NCBI GenBank assembly: GCA_963823665.1
Contig: CAWGMQ010000008.1
Location: forward strand, 960,001 to 1,024,000
From: an uncultured Planctomycetota bacterium
Lineage (GTDB): Bacteria > Planctomycetota > Planctomycetia > Isosphaerales > Isosphaeraceae
Direction of reading: 5' to 3'
Length of the DNA: 64,000 nucleotides
Shown here: in pieces, positions 1 through 10,773 of the stretch
Numbering within the stretch: position 1 is the stretch's first letter
Layout of the letters: each line of letters starts with the position of its first letter
Translations under genes and position numbers: made by a program
Notes under the pieces: model-generated
What the model was told of the DNA's origin: nothing
What the model saw: only the letters and a program-made list of their open reading frames with translations
The model's database searches: none

Positions 1-7
1 TCACGCC

Positions 8-967
8 TTGGGCGACGAATTCTTCCAGGAGGTCACCGTGGTCGGTTACGTGGACCAACCGATTACCGACGCCACCCTCCTTCCGCTCGATGACCTCCAG
101 GGAATTGAGGAGCTCTGGATTCTCAGCCGAGGGGGGCACCATACCCTGCCGGAGGTCGACCCTCCGCCCGGCCTTGACAAGCTGACCGACGCGGGCTTGG
201 CGAGGCTCGAGGGGCTGACGCGGCTACGTCTCCTGGAAATCGAGACAAATGCTCTGAGCGGGTCAATGCTCAACCACTTGCACCGAGCCCATCGCCTCGA
301 GGCGATTCGACTCTTCGATGTAGGGATGACCGATGATGGCATGCCCCCGCTAAAATCAATGCCGTACCTGAGCACGCTGGATCTCTGGTCGAACAAGCTC
401 ACCGGAACCTGCCTCGCCGACCTGCGCGGAACGAGCAGTTTGAAAATCTTGAGGCTTCGCTGGAACCCGGTCTCCTCAGCCGGACTTGAACACATCGGGT
501 CGCTGACAAGCTTGCGCGAGCTGGACTTGTCGAACACCGAGATTGACGATGCCGGCGTCGCGCGGCTCGCCCGCTTGTCGCGGCTCCAGCGCCTCGGCCT
601 CGGTAACACGAGAATCACCGATGCCGGGCTTGAACACTTGATAGAAATGAGGCAGCTCGAGCATCTGAATCTCGAGGAATGCAAAATCACGGGCCGTGGC
701 CTCGCGCGATTAAAGCACCTAACCCGCCTCAAATCGCTCAAGCTCGGCGGGACCGAGGTCGACGACGCGGGCCTGGAAGCGCTGCGAGGGATGAGCGGGC
801 TTGAATTCCTCGAACTCTACCGCACCCATGTAACGGACGCCGGGCTCGTGCATCTCCGAAACCTGAAGCGGCTCAAAAACCTATCGCTGTCGTTTAGCAA
901 GGTCAGTGCAGCGGGAGCCGAACGGCTACGCGGGGAGTTGCCAATGATAGCCGAACTCGATCATTGA
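8..967 (+). CDS. Leucine-rich repeat protein, probably 5'-truncated by the window edge
   Basis: About 10 repeats of ~24 aa matching LxxLxLxxtxItDaGLxxL (e.g. LRELDLSNTEIDDAGVARL, LEFLELYRTHVTDAGLVHL), ending GAERLRGELP. Confidence 0.9.
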   Translation: MGDEFFQEVTVVGYVDQPITDATLLPLDDLQGIEELWILSRGGHHTLPEVDPPPGLDKLTDAGLARLEGLTRLRLLEIETNALSGSMLNHLHRAHRLEAIRLFDVGMTDDGMPPLKSMPYLSTLDLWSNKLTGTCLADLRGTSSLKILRLRWNPVSSAGLEHIGSLTSLRELDLSNTEIDDAGVARLARLSRLQRLGLGNTRITDAGLEHLIEMRQLEHLNLEECKITGRGLARLKHLTRLKSLKLGGTEVDDAGLEALRGMSGLEFLELYRTHVTDAGLVHLRNLKRLKNLSLSFSKVSAAGAERLRGELPMIAELDH

Positions 968-1073
968 AGAAGTATTTCCTGCTCTTGCTTTACATCCTCT
1001 CATTGCTCTGCTCGGCTCGAATGGCGCTCGGTGTCGAATGAGAAACGGGGCTGCCTGTCCGTAATGCCTCTGA

Positions 1074-1565
1074 TTCATTTTCCGCCCACTGAGCGAGGTC
1101 GTGTCGATCGGCGACCTGGAGATCGTGCTCGAAGACAGGTCTTCGTATTTCGTCATTGCCGATCACTCGATCTGGCTTCCTGCCTTCGCGATTCGATTGA
1201 CACCATCTGCGATCGGACCCCATCCTGTGATCGCGATTGAAACGGACGAGAAGGGAGGGTACGGATCGACGGTCGTTGCCGGCTCTTTCACTGAGTTTGT
1301 GGAGCGTTATCTGACCGACGAGACATCGCGGGACGACCTCAGCCTGGGCATGCCCGTGACGACGGAGCAGGGGCCCGCCAGCAGCGAAAGCAGGGCTGAT
1401 CTACTCACATCGCAGGTCGAGCGGATCGATCGCATCCTTTCGACACTTGCTAGCTTCGACAACATTCCGGGCCTAGAGATCGTTCGTGTGCATACAGAGA
1501 TGAACCGGGAACGATTGCGAGAGATCAAGGAGAAAGCGATCGAAGAACTCCGTTCGCCCAAGTGA
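1074..1565 (+). pseudogene. SMI1/KNR4-like protein fragment lacking its N-terminus
   Basis: Frame opens after TGA at 1071 and reads FIFRPLSEV...YFVIADHSIWLPAFAIRL...PVIAI...VVAGSFTEFVERYL, resembling the SMI1/KNR4 C-terminal half; no good start codon or RBS. Confidence 0.5.
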
Positions 1566-1636
1566 CGCACTTAGAAACAGGCCGGCATTGACTTCCCGTT
1601 TTTGAGGTCAAGCCGCTCGGAAACCAGAACACCCTT

Positions 1637-1659
1637 GTTCCCACGCTCCGCGTGGGAAC
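1637..1659. repeat. REP-like palindrome GTTCCCACGC-TCC-GCGTGGGAAC
   Basis: Perfect 10-bp inverted repeat with a 3-nt loop in intergenic DNA. Confidence 0.7.
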
Positions 1660-1921
1660 GGCCTTCATGCCGCTCTGCGGTGCGCTCGACGGCAATCGGA
1701 GGAAGTTCGACCGATCCCTTAGCCCGGCGGATGAGCAAGGGACAAGCGTCTTGCGCGGTGGGTCGAGGCAGCGACGGAACGGGCGGCGGCAACGTTTTTT
1801 GGCGGAAAACCATCGCAATCGCACCTTTGGGGGTTAAAATAAACCGTTGGCGTCGTAACCCGGGCTCCGGAGAGGGCCATCTGATCATTTGGGTCAGCGG
1901 CCATCGTCGCAGGAGGGCGCC

Positions 1922-2221
1922 GTGAAGGACTCGACGACGAAGGTGCTAGTTCCAGCCGGACAGCTCGGCTCCGGCGTGCGCGCCGACGAGCTGCGGGCGG
2001 GGCTCGCCCTCGGGCCCTACGCCATCGCCCTGGACGCCGGATCGACCGACAGCGGAGCAGCCGCGCTGGCCACCGGCCGCTCGAAGTACAGTCCTGGCGC
2101 CGTGCAGCGCGACCTTGAACTCCTGATGGAGGCGCGGGCCGCGGCGGGCGTTCCGCTGCTGATCGGCTCCTGCGGCTCCTCCGGTGCGGACATGGCCGTG
2201 GAGCTGGAGGCTGTGGGCTAA
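1922..2221 (+). pseudogene. AtuA/DUF1446 (acyclic terpene utilisation) family, N-terminal fragment
   Basis: KVLVPAGQLGSG...AIALDAGSTDSG...LLIGSCGSSG motifs; RBS AGGAGG before GTG; stops after ~100 aa whereas the family is much longer. Confidence 0.7.
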
Positions 2222-2249
2222 AGCCGCGTCGCTCGCCAAGATGGGACTG

Positions 2250-2300
2250 GTTCGGGGACATTGACGATTCTTTTCAAAACAACCTTCAATGTCCCCGAAC
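2250..2300. repeat. 15-bp perfect inverted repeat (GTTCGGGGACATTGA / TCAATGTCCCCGAAC), REP/MITE-like
   Basis: Arms at 2250-2264 and 2286-2300 around a 21-nt AT-rich spacer. Confidence 0.75.
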
Positions 2301-2307
2301 TCCCGCC

Positions 2308-2337
2308 TTGACGGCGGCTTGCAGCTCCTTTTATGAT
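2308..2337 (+). promoter_or_regulatory. Putative sigma70 promoter TTGACG-N18-TATGAT
   Basis: Near-consensus -35/-10 hexamers just upstream of GGAGG and the ATG at 2359. Confidence 0.5.
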
Positions 2338-2358
2338 CGAGGTAGTGGAGGACCATCT

Positions 2359-2593
2359 CATGAACATGCAAGAATTTCTGAAAAATCGGGCCGCTTTTCC
2401 CTTGGCAGAATTGGCCAAACATCGCGGCGAATGGGTTGCGTGGAGCCCGGACGGAACTCGGCTGGTGGCCGCCTCGCGGGATCCCGATGCACTTGACGAC
2501 ATGATTCGGGCCGCGGGCGAGGATCCCGAAGCCTGTCCCGTCACCGGGATCCCCGATTCCAACTGCGTCCTGGGAGGCCTGGATGCGTCGTGA
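2359..2593 (+). CDS. Small DUF5678-like protein
   Basis: LAKHRGEWVAWSPDGTRLVAASRD motif; GGAGG RBS; GTGA overlap with the downstream protease gene. Confidence 0.65.
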
Positions 2594-3066
2594 TTTTTGC
2601 CTATATGCCATTGCCGACCAAACGGCCGGTACCGTCGCTCGCCGGCGCCATGATGCGCTACCGCCCGATCGTTCCTGTTGGCGTTCTTGGTCCCTTCGGC
2701 TCGCGGCTTGTTGATGGCTGCGTGGATTGTGGTTCGGACGATACCATCTTTCCTATGTCGCTTGCTCGCTAACTGGGCCTTGATTTGACGGGTGCGCCGC
2801 AAGGCGAGTCACATCCAGTAGCCGGGGCGATTGTTCCCTATGTGTATGCCGCGGTGACGCTGCGCTTGAGCCATGGCGTCGAGACCTGCGCATGGCAAGC
2901 GACCGTCGGCTTCGTCGATCTGCCGTTGCGCTGGGCGCTGCTCGGTCACGCCGGATTTCTCGACTTCTTCGATACCGACCTGCGCGGCGCACGGCGCGAG
3001 GTTTTCATCACCCCTAATAACGCATTCCATGGCACTCATCGGATTCAACCACCCTTTTCTCCGTGA
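2590..3066 (+). pseudogene. Retropepsin-like aspartyl protease with an in-frame TAA at 2770-2772
   Basis: VDCGSDDTIFP (D-[T/S]-G-like catalytic motif) and ALLGHAGFLDFF; the frame continues in phase across LAR*LGLDL. Confidence 0.75.
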
Positions 3067-3177
3067 CCAGATAGTGCTCTGCCTCGCCGCGGCGATCTTT
3101 GTCCCCCTTGCCGTGGTCGCTGGCCTGGCCGATCGGGCTGGTGGCCGGCATTCTGGCGCTGGTGGTCCCGTTCCGAA

Positions 3178-3600
3178 TCAGCGTGCCTTCCCCAGGCCGA
3201 TCAGGAAGGCCGACACCGTCTTGCCGACGATGATCTCCCCCGGGCTCAAGGGCGACACCAGCAGTAGCTCGAAGGCGCCCAGCTCCCGCTCGCGGGCCAC
3301 CGACAGCCCTGTGATCACCAGGCCCTTCCAGGGCCACCAGGATGGCGGCCGGGCGTGATACCGTGCTCCATAGGGCCTCCAGGTTGGAGTTGAACCAGAC
3401 GCGCGCCACCACCGTGCTGGCGGACGGCGCCCCCGCCCGCGGCGGCGCCAGCTCGGCGTTGTAACTGTCGATGATTCCCTCGGCGTAACCGGGCAGGATC
3501 TGCGCGGCATTGAAGGAGCGGCCGTCGAGGATGAGTTGCACGACGGCCGCCCGGTACTCGCCCACTGTCTCGGTGACCGCGGCCCTGCGCTGGGGGTGCC
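3178..3600 (-). pseudogene. ABC-2 type permease fragment (YbhR/YbhS-like)
   Basis: VQLILDGRSFNAAQI...RVWFNSNLE in one frame and LSVARERELGAFELLLVSPLSPGEIIVGK in another; truncated at both ends. Confidence 0.75.
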
Positions 3601-3868
3601 ACGGAAGCTCTCGATCCGCCGAGCAAGCGGGCGCGGGCATTCAGGGACCCTGAATGCCCGCGCCCGCCCGCGATCAGTGAAGCTTCTTCGTTGTGTGTGG
3701 CCGCCCGGCCGGCGACTGTTCCGCCTGCAGAGGAAGTTCCTGGGAGCGCTGGGGCATCTCCTCGACGGTGGCCGCTCGGCGGACGGCCCGCTCAAACTGT
3801 CGCCGTTCCTGATCATCGACAAAGGCAATGCGATCGAACACGGTTGCGATTCGGCTCACCAGGTCCAC

Positions 3869-4270
3869 ATGGACCCTGCCCTAGTTGTCGCGGTCGTAGG
3901 TTGGTTCTTCAACATCTCGGCCGCGCTGGGCGTGCTCTTGAGCCTTGCTTTCGGCCTCGTGAAGCTATTCAGAAAGTCGCGCCCGCCGCAGATTATCGGG
4001 GCGGAGCTGCCGGTGCTCCACGCAAGCATCGACCTCGGCAAGCGGTATGACATCGTCTACGGGGCAAGCCACGGAGCGGGTCCAGAGAAGCTGACCGGCG
4101 TTCGGATCTTGGGATACCTTCGCAGCCATCGGGATGAGACCACTGGGGAGTACATGGAGAGCGGGTGGCTGGTGGTCGAGCTACCCGATCGACGGCGGGC
4201 CTACTTGCGACCGCGCTCGGTCCTCTGGCTCCTGGAGGCGACCGATGTAGCACGTGAAGACACGAACTAA
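3869..4270 (+). CDS. Hypothetical protein with an N-terminal transmembrane helix
   Basis: MDPALVVAVVGWFFNISAALGVLLSLAFGLVKLF followed by a small beta-rich domain. Confidence 0.55.
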   Translation: MDPALVVAVVGWFFNISAALGVLLSLAFGLVKLFRKSRPPQIIGAELPVLHASIDLGKRYDIVYGASHGAGPEKLTGVRILGYLRSHRDETTGEYMESGWLVVELPDRRRAYLRPRSVLWLLEATDVAREDTN

Positions 4271-6130
4271 CGAAGCAGCATCAAGTCACTCCACCATTGC
4301 CTGGCCAGCGCCTTGTCCCAGGAAGATGCGCAGGTGCAGCGGCCCAGAGCGATCTCGATACTTTCGGCATCGGGAAACCGTTCCTGCGGGTCCTTGGCCA
4401 GGCAACGGAGGACGACGGCATCCAGATCTGCAGGAACGTCGTCGCGAATCTGGGATAAGGGAATGACAGGGTCGCGAGCGTGAGCGATGATTGCCTCGAT
4501 CGCGTTCGGCACGTCGAACGGTGGCCTCCCGGTCAGCAGATAGTAAGCGACCGCACCCAGTGAGTAGATGTCGCTGCGCGCGTCGAGCGGTCGAGAGTTC
4601 GACGCCTGCTCGGGGGACATGTAGAGCGGTGTGCCGAGGATCTGCCCCTCGTCACTGGTGCGCGGCGAGGAAGCCGTCGCCGCGGGCCGAACCAGGCCGA
4701 AGTCGAGGACCTTCGCGACGTCGTCCATCCCTCCCCGCCTGGCGGCGAAGATGTTTGAGGGCTTGATGTCGCGGTGGATCAGCCCGGCTTCGTGCGCCTC
4801 CTGGAGCGCCAGGGCGACTTGCCGCAGCAGGTAAACGGCACGCCCGGGACGGTAGGGGGCCGTACCGTTCGACGAGCTCCCCCAGGCTCATCCCCGGCAG
4901 GTATTCCATGACATAGTAATACGTCCCGTCCTCGGTCCGGCCGTAGTCGAAGATCTCGACCGTGTTCGGGTGCGACAGGGTCGCGTTGATCCTCACTTCG
5001 CGTTCGAACCGATCGATTGTGCCCGCCCGAAGGACCACCTCCGGACGGATCAGCTTGACGGCGCACGGCCGCTTCAGCAACTCGTGCTCGGCCAGGAAGA
5101 CCTCACCCATTCCGCCCGCTCCGATCCGCTCGCGGAGACGGTACTGGCCGAAGCGACGCGCCTCGGCAACCTGAGACCTCAACCGGGAGATCGTATGCGC
5201 CGCGAACGACGAGATCGCGGCCAGAGTGAGCAGAAAGACCGTGTCCACTCCAAAGACGGCCAGGGGTCTATTGCCGTCCTCACGCGGCTCGCCGACCCAT
5301 CGCAGTAGCTCGGGATGGAGCAGGTAAGCTCCCGCGAGAGTGGCCATGGGCAGCAGCGCCAGCGACGAGGATACGATCGCGGCGCGGCGCCAGCTCTTGG
5401 GCACGTAGATCGCGTCGACGAGCATCAGGAGCGACACGAGCAGGATCACGTTCTTCATGATCTTCTCGGCCCTGATCCGATCGACTTGGAGGAAAGGACC
5501 GATGATCGCACGGCCCTCGTAGACGACAATGAGGCCGGCGAGCGAGACGGTCATGAACAGCTCGATCCTCCAGAGCGATGCGAGCGAGAACCTGCGAGCC
5601 GAGAGAAGGATGGCGATCCCGGCGAAGGTCGCGGCCACGATGCCGAAAGGGGCAAGGATTGCCATCGGAAGCAAGTCGAGTACGACGGGCCTCAGCACGA
5701 CAATCGTAGCGAAAATGGGGACGTACAAGAGCGGCAGCTCGCGAAGCCGCGATTGCATTACCGACCGCGTCTCCTCTGCCGATCGCTGCGACTGCCCCGA
5801 GGTGATCGCCGCCTTCGGAGAGAAACAGTCGGTGCTGTCGCCCGGCAGCGCCTGCCCGTGGCACGAGACATCGGGCTTGGCGACGGGATGCCGACCGCCC
5901 GCAGGCCGCCAAGATCCCGTCGGCCACCGTGCAGGATCCGCCACTTCGGGCTGGTCGAGAAATCCGTCCTGGTGCGCTAGCCCATCATGGGTGAGCAGAT
6001 GTTCCACTTCGGCCCGCAGAGAATCGTCGTCGCCACAGGCACTGCCGAGCCATTCTGCGCGCTCAGCGGCTGGCATGCTCGAGGCCGCGTCGAACAGCTT
6101 GCCGACCTGACTCCAGCGCTCGGAGTTCAT
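4267..6130 (-). CDS. Membrane Ser/Thr protein kinase with one frameshift near 4848
   Basis: IGAGGMGEVF, AVKLI, HRDIKPSN, KVLDFGL, GTPLYMSPEQ and SDIYSLG motifs across two frames; several TM segments precede the kinase domain; ATGA overlap with the ECF gene. Confidence 0.9.
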
Positions 6131-6708
6131 CGGCCCCTCCCGCCTCGAAGCTGGCCGTGGAGCCAGGCCCGGCCGAGCCGGCAGTCGCGCTCGACCGTGG
6201 CCACCGAGACCCCTAGTGCCACGGCGACCTCGGGTACGGTCAGACTGCCGAAGTAACGGAGGGTGATGGCCTGCCCCTGTCGCTCGTCGAGTGCGGTGAG
6301 GCGGGCGACGGCTTCGTGGATGTCGGAGACGTCAACATCCTGGGCCTCGAAGTAGTCCACGATCGAGTCGACCGGGACTCGATGCCAGTTGCCGCCCCGA
6401 CGTGCGGCCGCCCGCTGCCTGGCGTAGTCAACGAGGATCTCGCGCATGGCCCTCGCAGCCGCCGAAAGCAGGAAGGCCCGGTCGGGCGCCCTGTCGAAGA
6501 CGGCTTCCCCGAGCAGCCGCATCACGGCCTCGTGGACCACGGCGGTCGGGGAGAGCGTGTGGCTCGTCCGCTCTCGCCCCATCATCCGGGCCGCAACGAG
6601 GCGCAGCTCCTCGTATATCCGGGACACAACTTCCCCGCGGGCGCCTTGATCACCCGCCCGCACCCTCGCGAGGATCAGCGACAATTCGCGACCCGCCTCG
6701 ACCGCCAT
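6127..6708 (-). CDS. ECF RNA polymerase sigma factor, TIGR02999/ECF43-like
   Basis: IYEELRLVA...HTLSPTAVVHEAVMRL...AARAMREILVDYAR...LRYFGSLT...LGVSVATVERD; GGAGG RBS before the ATG at 6708. Confidence 0.9.
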   Translation of the reverse strand: MAVEAGRELSLILARVRAGDQGARGEVVSRIYEELRLVAARMMGRERTSHTLSPTAVVHEAVMRLLGEAVFDRAPDRAFLLSAAARAMREILVDYARQRAAARRGGNWHRVPVDSIVDYFEAQDVDVSDIHEAVARLTALDERQGQAITLRYFGSLTVPEVAVALGVSVATVERDCRLGRAWLHGQLRGGRGR

Positions 6709-7013
6709 CGGGCCTCCCAAGATTTTTGAGGGGTTCTCACCTCGTTCCCCGCGAAACCATTGTGCGGGGCAAGTCAAGCACACGACGCCGGCCCCGGATG
6801 TGTGGAATCCAAATTCCTCTTGCCTCGGTGCCTTCCGAGAAGGGTGAGCCGATGATCGACTTGGTGGTCGGGAGCTGTGTCGTGACCCTTTTGCCAGTCG
6901 TCCTAACCGTCTGCTTGAGAATCCTTTGGGCTGCCGCGGGCGCACTCGTTTGGCCCGGCGATCGACCGTTCTCGTTGAATCGTCACGCAACGACATCTCA
7001 ATTCAGATCCAGA

Positions 7014-7256
7014 GTGCCCAGACATCCTGACAACGCACGTCCATCCAGGAGTGAATGTGTGTTCTCTGCGCTCGCAGCCTTGGCCCTCGGGTTTGGCATG
7101 GCATTGGCGTTGCCCGGCTGCGGCGGAGGGGACGGCCAACCCGTGCTGGTCAAGCCCGCGGCTGCCCCCGCCGTGTCAGCCAAGGATTCGATGGATGCCT
7201 ATCTGCAGTCCCACGTTCAAACGAAGGCGAAAGGAACGAGACGGTCCTCCCGATGA
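7014..7256 (+). CDS. Small putative lipoprotein preceding the DUF1559 gene
   Basis: Hydrophobic stretch ending LALPG-C-GGG (lipobox-like); start codon uncertain. Confidence 0.55.
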   Translation: MPRHPDNARPSRSECVFSALAALALGFGMALALPGCGGGDGQPVLVKPAAAPAVSAKDSMDAYLQSHVQTKAKGTRRSSR

Positions 7257-7301
7257 ATCGGTCCGTCTTGCCTTCCTCTTTTTTTCTTGCGAGGTCACCC
7301 G

Positions 7302-8459
<1,158 letters not shown>

Positions 8460-8628
8460 GATTGCCCTGTCTCCGTCACGCGGAACGGCTTTGACGTGCC
8501 CGTGCCGGAGGACTAGGCTAGTGGACCGGCCACCGGCCGCTCCCTCGCCAGGTATGTGGGCCTCGTGCGGAACAGCGGAGGTGGACGCGGTCGGCATTGC
8601 CTCCACACGCCACACGAGGATCGACAAG

Positions 8629-9222
8629 ATGAGCAAGGTAGTGAGCGACGAAGGGCTGGACCTCCTGTTCCGTACGGCGCGAACACATAACGTCTGGCTG
8701 GACAAGCCGGTGGACGACGCGATTCTCTCGCAGGTCTACGACCTGGCGAGGATGGGCCCCACCTCCGCAAACATGTGCCCGATGCGCATTGTGTTTGTGA
8801 AATCGAAGTCGGCGAAGGAGAAACTGAAACCGGCCCTCGATCCGGGCAACGTGGACAAGACCATGATCGCGCCGGTCACCGCCGTCATCGGCATGGACAT
8901 CCGATTCTACGAGAAGCTGCCGGCGCTGTTCCCACATGCTGACGCAAAAGCGTGGTTCAAAGACCTGCCGGAGAATGTGCTCGAGTACATTGCACTCAGG
9001 AACTCCTCACTTCAGGGCGCCTATTTCATGCTGGCGGCGCGGGCACTTGGGCTCGATTGCGGGCCGATGTCCGGATTCAAGAACCAGAAAGTGGACGAGG
9101 CATTCTTCGGGGGGACAACCGTCAAATCCAACTTCCTCTGTAATCTCGGTTACGGAGATACGAGCAAGCTCTTTCCGCGCTCGCCGCGTTTGAGCTTCCA
9201 GGAAGCGTGCGAGGTGGTCTGA
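8629..9222 (+). CDS. rutE: Nitroreductase family, malonic semialdehyde reductase (RutE/YcdI-like)
   Basis: LFRTARTHN...[15 protein letters not shown]...[27 protein letters not shown]...[10 protein letters not shown]...PRSPRL. Confidence 0.85.
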   Translation: MSKVVSDEGLDLLFRTARTHNVWLDKPVDDAILSQVYDLARMGPTSANMCPMRIVFVKSKSAKEKLKPALDPGNVDKTMIAPVTAVIGMDIRFYEKLPALFPHADAKAWFKDLPENVLEYIALRNSSLQGAYFMLAARALGLDCGPMSGFKNQKVDEAFFGGTTVKSNFLCNLGYGDTSKLFPRSPRLSFQEACEVV

Positions 9223-9223
9223 C

Positions 9224-9784
9224 ATGCGGCCTCCGGCAATCTCGCTCGATCAACTTGCCGATCTGCCCGCCGTTCATCGCGCCGTGATCCCGCCTGAGTA
9301 CGAAGACCGGAACGGCCACATGAACGTGCGCTGGTATCTGGCTCTCTACGACAAGGCCGGCGACGCCATGTACCCAATGATCGGGCTGAGCGAGGAGTAC
9401 CTGGCGGCCTCGGGCATGGGCGGGTTCGATCTGGAACACCACATCTGGTACGCGGCTGAAGTGCATGTCGGAGATACCGTGGTGATCAGGCTGCGATTCC
9501 TGGCGCGGAGCGCGAAGCTCTTTCACTACCAGATGTTCATGGAAAACGAGACCCGGGGCGTGCTCGCGTCGATCTTCGAGTGCGTTCACGCCCACGCGGA
9601 CCTCAGCGTCCGTCGCACTGCGGCCTTCCCGTCACACGTGGCCGCGACGATCGACGACTACATCACCGCGCACTGCGCGCTGGACTGGCCGGCTCCGGTG
9701 CCGGGGTCCATGGGTGTGCAGACTGCTTCTGCGGGCACGGCACCGCCGCCAATCTCACGAGTGAACGGCGAATCGTTTCCTTGA
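9224..9784 (+). CDS. Thioesterase (hotdog fold) family protein
   Basis: EYEDRNGHMNVRWY motif; starts 1 nt after the nitroreductase stop. Confidence 0.8.
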   Translation: MRPPAISLDQLADLPAVHRAVIPPEYEDRNGHMNVRWYLALYDKAGDAMYPMIGLSEEYLAASGMGGFDLEHHIWYAAEVHVGDTVVIRLRFLARSAKLFHYQMFMENETRGVLASIFECVHAHADLSVRRTAAFPSHVAATIDDYITAHCALDWPAPVPGSMGVQTASAGTAPPPISRVNGESFP

Positions 9785-9887
9785 CCTCAGACCCGTTGAC
9801 CAAACCGACCACTTGGATTCACGAATTACGTCGCGGATGTTTGCCCTTTGCCCTTTCAGAGTTGCCTTGTGGCACCTCGACAAGGAG

Positions 9888-10354
9888 TCATGGCTTCTGG
9901 TGCTGGGCTTCAATAATCGCCTGCTTGTCCGCTCTGTCCTCGTCCTGGCGGAAGACCTTGTATTGTCGCCGGACAACTTCGACAAGCGCGTAGTGGAGAG
10001 ATGAGGCTGGAACGGTCGAGCGAATCTTCCGGTCGATCACGGGCTCGATTGCGTTCGAATCCAAAATTCGAGCCACTCTTCCTGACCGTCGGCTTGGGGC
10101 CGTAGAAGGAACCGCCTGAACTCCCCGGGACGCCAACTGTTCCCTTCAGTCGGCCTTGAACCCGGGAACAGGCCGCTATTGCTGAGCGTATCGAGCAGGT
10201 TGTCGCAAGACTCAGGCGCGAGGGCAAAGTCAAAGTCGTTCGTGAAGCGCTGCAAGCCATAGTAGCGCACCGCGTGCCCGCCCATAACGAGGCAGCGAAG
10301 GCCTACCGATTCGATCGCCGAGACGACGAAGCCGAGGCGTTCCTCGAGACTCAA
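9888..10354 (-). pseudogene. Nucleotidyltransferase-like protein, disrupted near 10055
   Basis: LVMGGHAVRYYGLQRFTNDFDF (GG...DxD NTase motif); stops at 10037, with a plausible C-terminus (HYALVEVVRRQY...DRADK) in another frame; TTGA overlap with the upstream gene. Confidence 0.6.
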
Positions 10355-10587
10355 TCGAGCGCCTCCTCCCACGCGCGGCTGCCGTGCGCCCGGAGCATGC
10401 ACATGAGAGGGTGCCGGCCGAGGTCTTCGTCGGACAGGCCGCTTTCGAGTAATCTGAGAACCTCAGGGAGACATGAGTCGAGGTAGAGCTCCTCCGCTTC
10501 GTGGAGAGTTTGCGCTTTGCCAGCGAGTAAGAGCCGGGCCACGGGGTCGGATGTCAGCGTCGTGAGATCATCGAGGTCGGTAGACAT
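10351..10587 (-). CDS. Small acidic hypothetical protein, putative partner of the NTase
   Basis: 78 aa with a GGAGG RBS, translationally coupled to the NTase-like gene. Confidence 0.6.
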   Translation of the reverse strand: MSTDLDDLTTLTSDPVARLLLAGKAQTLHEAEELYLDSCLPEVLRLLESGLSDEDLGRHPLMCMLRAHGSRAWEEALD

Positions 10588-10696
10588 TGGGAGGCTCCTC
10601 CACGTGAATCATTCTCGCAGTTCACCACACGAACGCCCACAGACCGATTTGCGCTGCTCACAGACACGCTCCAAAAGGCGCGCGCCAGCAACCGCT

Positions 10697-10739
10697 GAAA
10701 CGAACAAGGGGCAGGGCACCTCAAGGATGCCCCACCCCT
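10697..10739 (-). terminator. Probable intrinsic terminator
   Basis: Minus-strand hairpin AGGGGTGGGGCATC-CTTGA-GGTGCCCTGCCCCTT followed by a T-rich tail, 35 nt after the stop at 10774. Confidence 0.55.
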
Positions 10740-10773
10740 CGTGGAGGCGCGGGTAGCCGATTCGTCCGGACCG

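Noticed and set aside
8..1565. LRR plus SMI1 as a polymorphic toxin-immunity locus
   Set aside because: No toxin gene is visible in the window and the SMI1-like sequence is fragmentary
968..4270. Integron cassette array
   Set aside because: No convincing attC sites, mixed gene orientations and no integrase
9813..10004. 63-aa plus-strand ORF
   Set aside because: Antisense to the more plausible NTase C-terminal remnant and lacks an RBS
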